From the NCBI GenBank assembly GCA_963708295.1, contig CAVPSJ010000015.1, positions 1 to 64,000 on the forward strand: a DNA stretch of 64,000 nucleotides, given 5' to 3'. Position 1 is the first letter of the stretch. Each line of letters begins with the position of its first letter. Shown here one piece after another: positions 63,213 to 64,000 of this stretch. Made by a program: the position numbers and the translations under genes. The DNA comes from an uncultured delta proteobacterium (lineage in GTDB: Bacteria > Desulfobacterota > BSN033 > UBA1163). Below the pieces are notes generated by a model. The model did no database searches and was not told the origin of the DNA. It worked only from the letters and a program-made list of their open reading frames with translations.

Positions 63213-63743
63213 ATGAAACCAGCGGAGGCTTTCTGCAAGAGAGCAATGGAAATGGGGGTTGGAGGAGCAAAGATCATTGACCCTGGTTCTATTGTGACGG
63301 CCGAGTGGGTAAGAATGAAATGCCAGTACGGATGCCCCGGGTTCGGGATGAGCCTTTGCTGCCCTCCCCGCACGCCTACCCCAGACATGACTCGCAAGGT
63401 GATCGACTCCTACCGGAAGGCCATCCTGCTCCATCAAAGATTAGTGAAAGGGGAGAAGAGGGGGGGAGGGAGAAAGACTTTCAGCAAAGCCGTCGTTCGC
63501 CTTGAAATCGAAGTCTTTCTCGAAGGGTATTACAAAGCCTGGAGCATGGGGTCCGGTCCGTGTGATCTTTGCAAAGAATGTAACCTGTCGGGTTCGTGCA
63601 GACACGGACTTGAGGCCAGACCTTCGATGGAGGCATGCGGCATTGACGTCTTCAAGACGGCAAGAGACAATGGGTTTCCCGTTGAAGTCGTTCGCACCCG
63701 GGATGAGGAAAGAAACATTTTCGCGTTGGTTCTAGTGGAGTGA
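63213..63743 (+). CDS. DUF2284 metal-binding protein
   Basis: KCQYGC..G...CPP, GPCDLCKEC..C, RPSMEACGIDV. Confidence 0.85.
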   Translation: MKPAEAFCKRAMEMGVGGAKIIDPGSIVTAEWVRMKCQYGCPGFGMSLCCPPRTPTPDMTRKVIDSYRKAILLHQRLVKGEKRGGGRKTFSKAVVRLEIEVFLEGYYKAWSMGSGPCDLCKECNLSGSCRHGLEARPSMEACGIDVFKTARDNGFPVEVVRTRDEERNIFALVLVE

Positions 63744-63744
63744 T

Positions 63745-64000
63745 GAGGTACCGGACAGCATCTCCTCGTAATCATTCCTCTCATCCCTTCGTGGCCGCTT
63801 CCGCAAAAGTTGTCGCAGTGAAAAGGAAACGTGCCCACCTTATCAGGGACAAACTGCAGCCTGTTTACTTTTCCCGGGCGATGTCTATGTGAATTCCCAA
63901 GCCCGGACAATTGAATCCGTGCAACCTGTCCAGTGAAGTGAATTCCAATACCACGGGTACACCCTTCTTTAAAGTGATCTCTTCAGGCGAGTATTCAAAC
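63745..64000 (-). CDS. Cupredoxin (CuA-type) domain protein, partial and frameshifted; end approximate
   Basis: FEYSPEEITLKKG...HGF and FHCDNFCGSGHEGM; runs off the window end. Confidence 0.75.

Overview
This 64-kb window most resembles an anaerobic Desulfobacterota (deltaproteobacterial) genome. It is dominated by a ~30-kb minus-strand Wood-Ljungdahl supercluster: fhs, acsV, cooC, folD, a 70-aa ORF, acsD, cooS, acsB, acsC, acsE, two hdrA-like genes, mvhD, metV, two metF, a cytochrome b / Fe-S / tetraheme cytochrome c3 module, metV, metF, a PAS kinase, a receiver protein, a hybrid kinase, hdrC and hdrB. A plus-strand metV-metF pair and a pseudo-receiver-MetF-MetV fusion converge on it, giving five MetF and four MetV domains in 18 kb. 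The right half holds miscellaneous genes, a Tat-exported selenocysteine formate dehydrogenase operon with a signalling cluster, and a Pat/ACD-GNAT gene. Four observations stand out. (1) Many gene junctions in the cluster carry an inverted repeat built from short tandem units, with different 6-9 nt units at different sites. One is 'filled' with an AT-rich four-helix-bundle gene inserted between metV and metF; the others are empty or hold nested REP-like elements. (2) One MTHFR is fused to a degenerate receiver domain. (3) A membrane electron-transfer module is embedded among the MetFV paralogs. (4) An unannotated 36-aa Cys-rich peptide is present. Many genes carry small indels, most likely long-read sequencing errors, so their boundaries are approximate.
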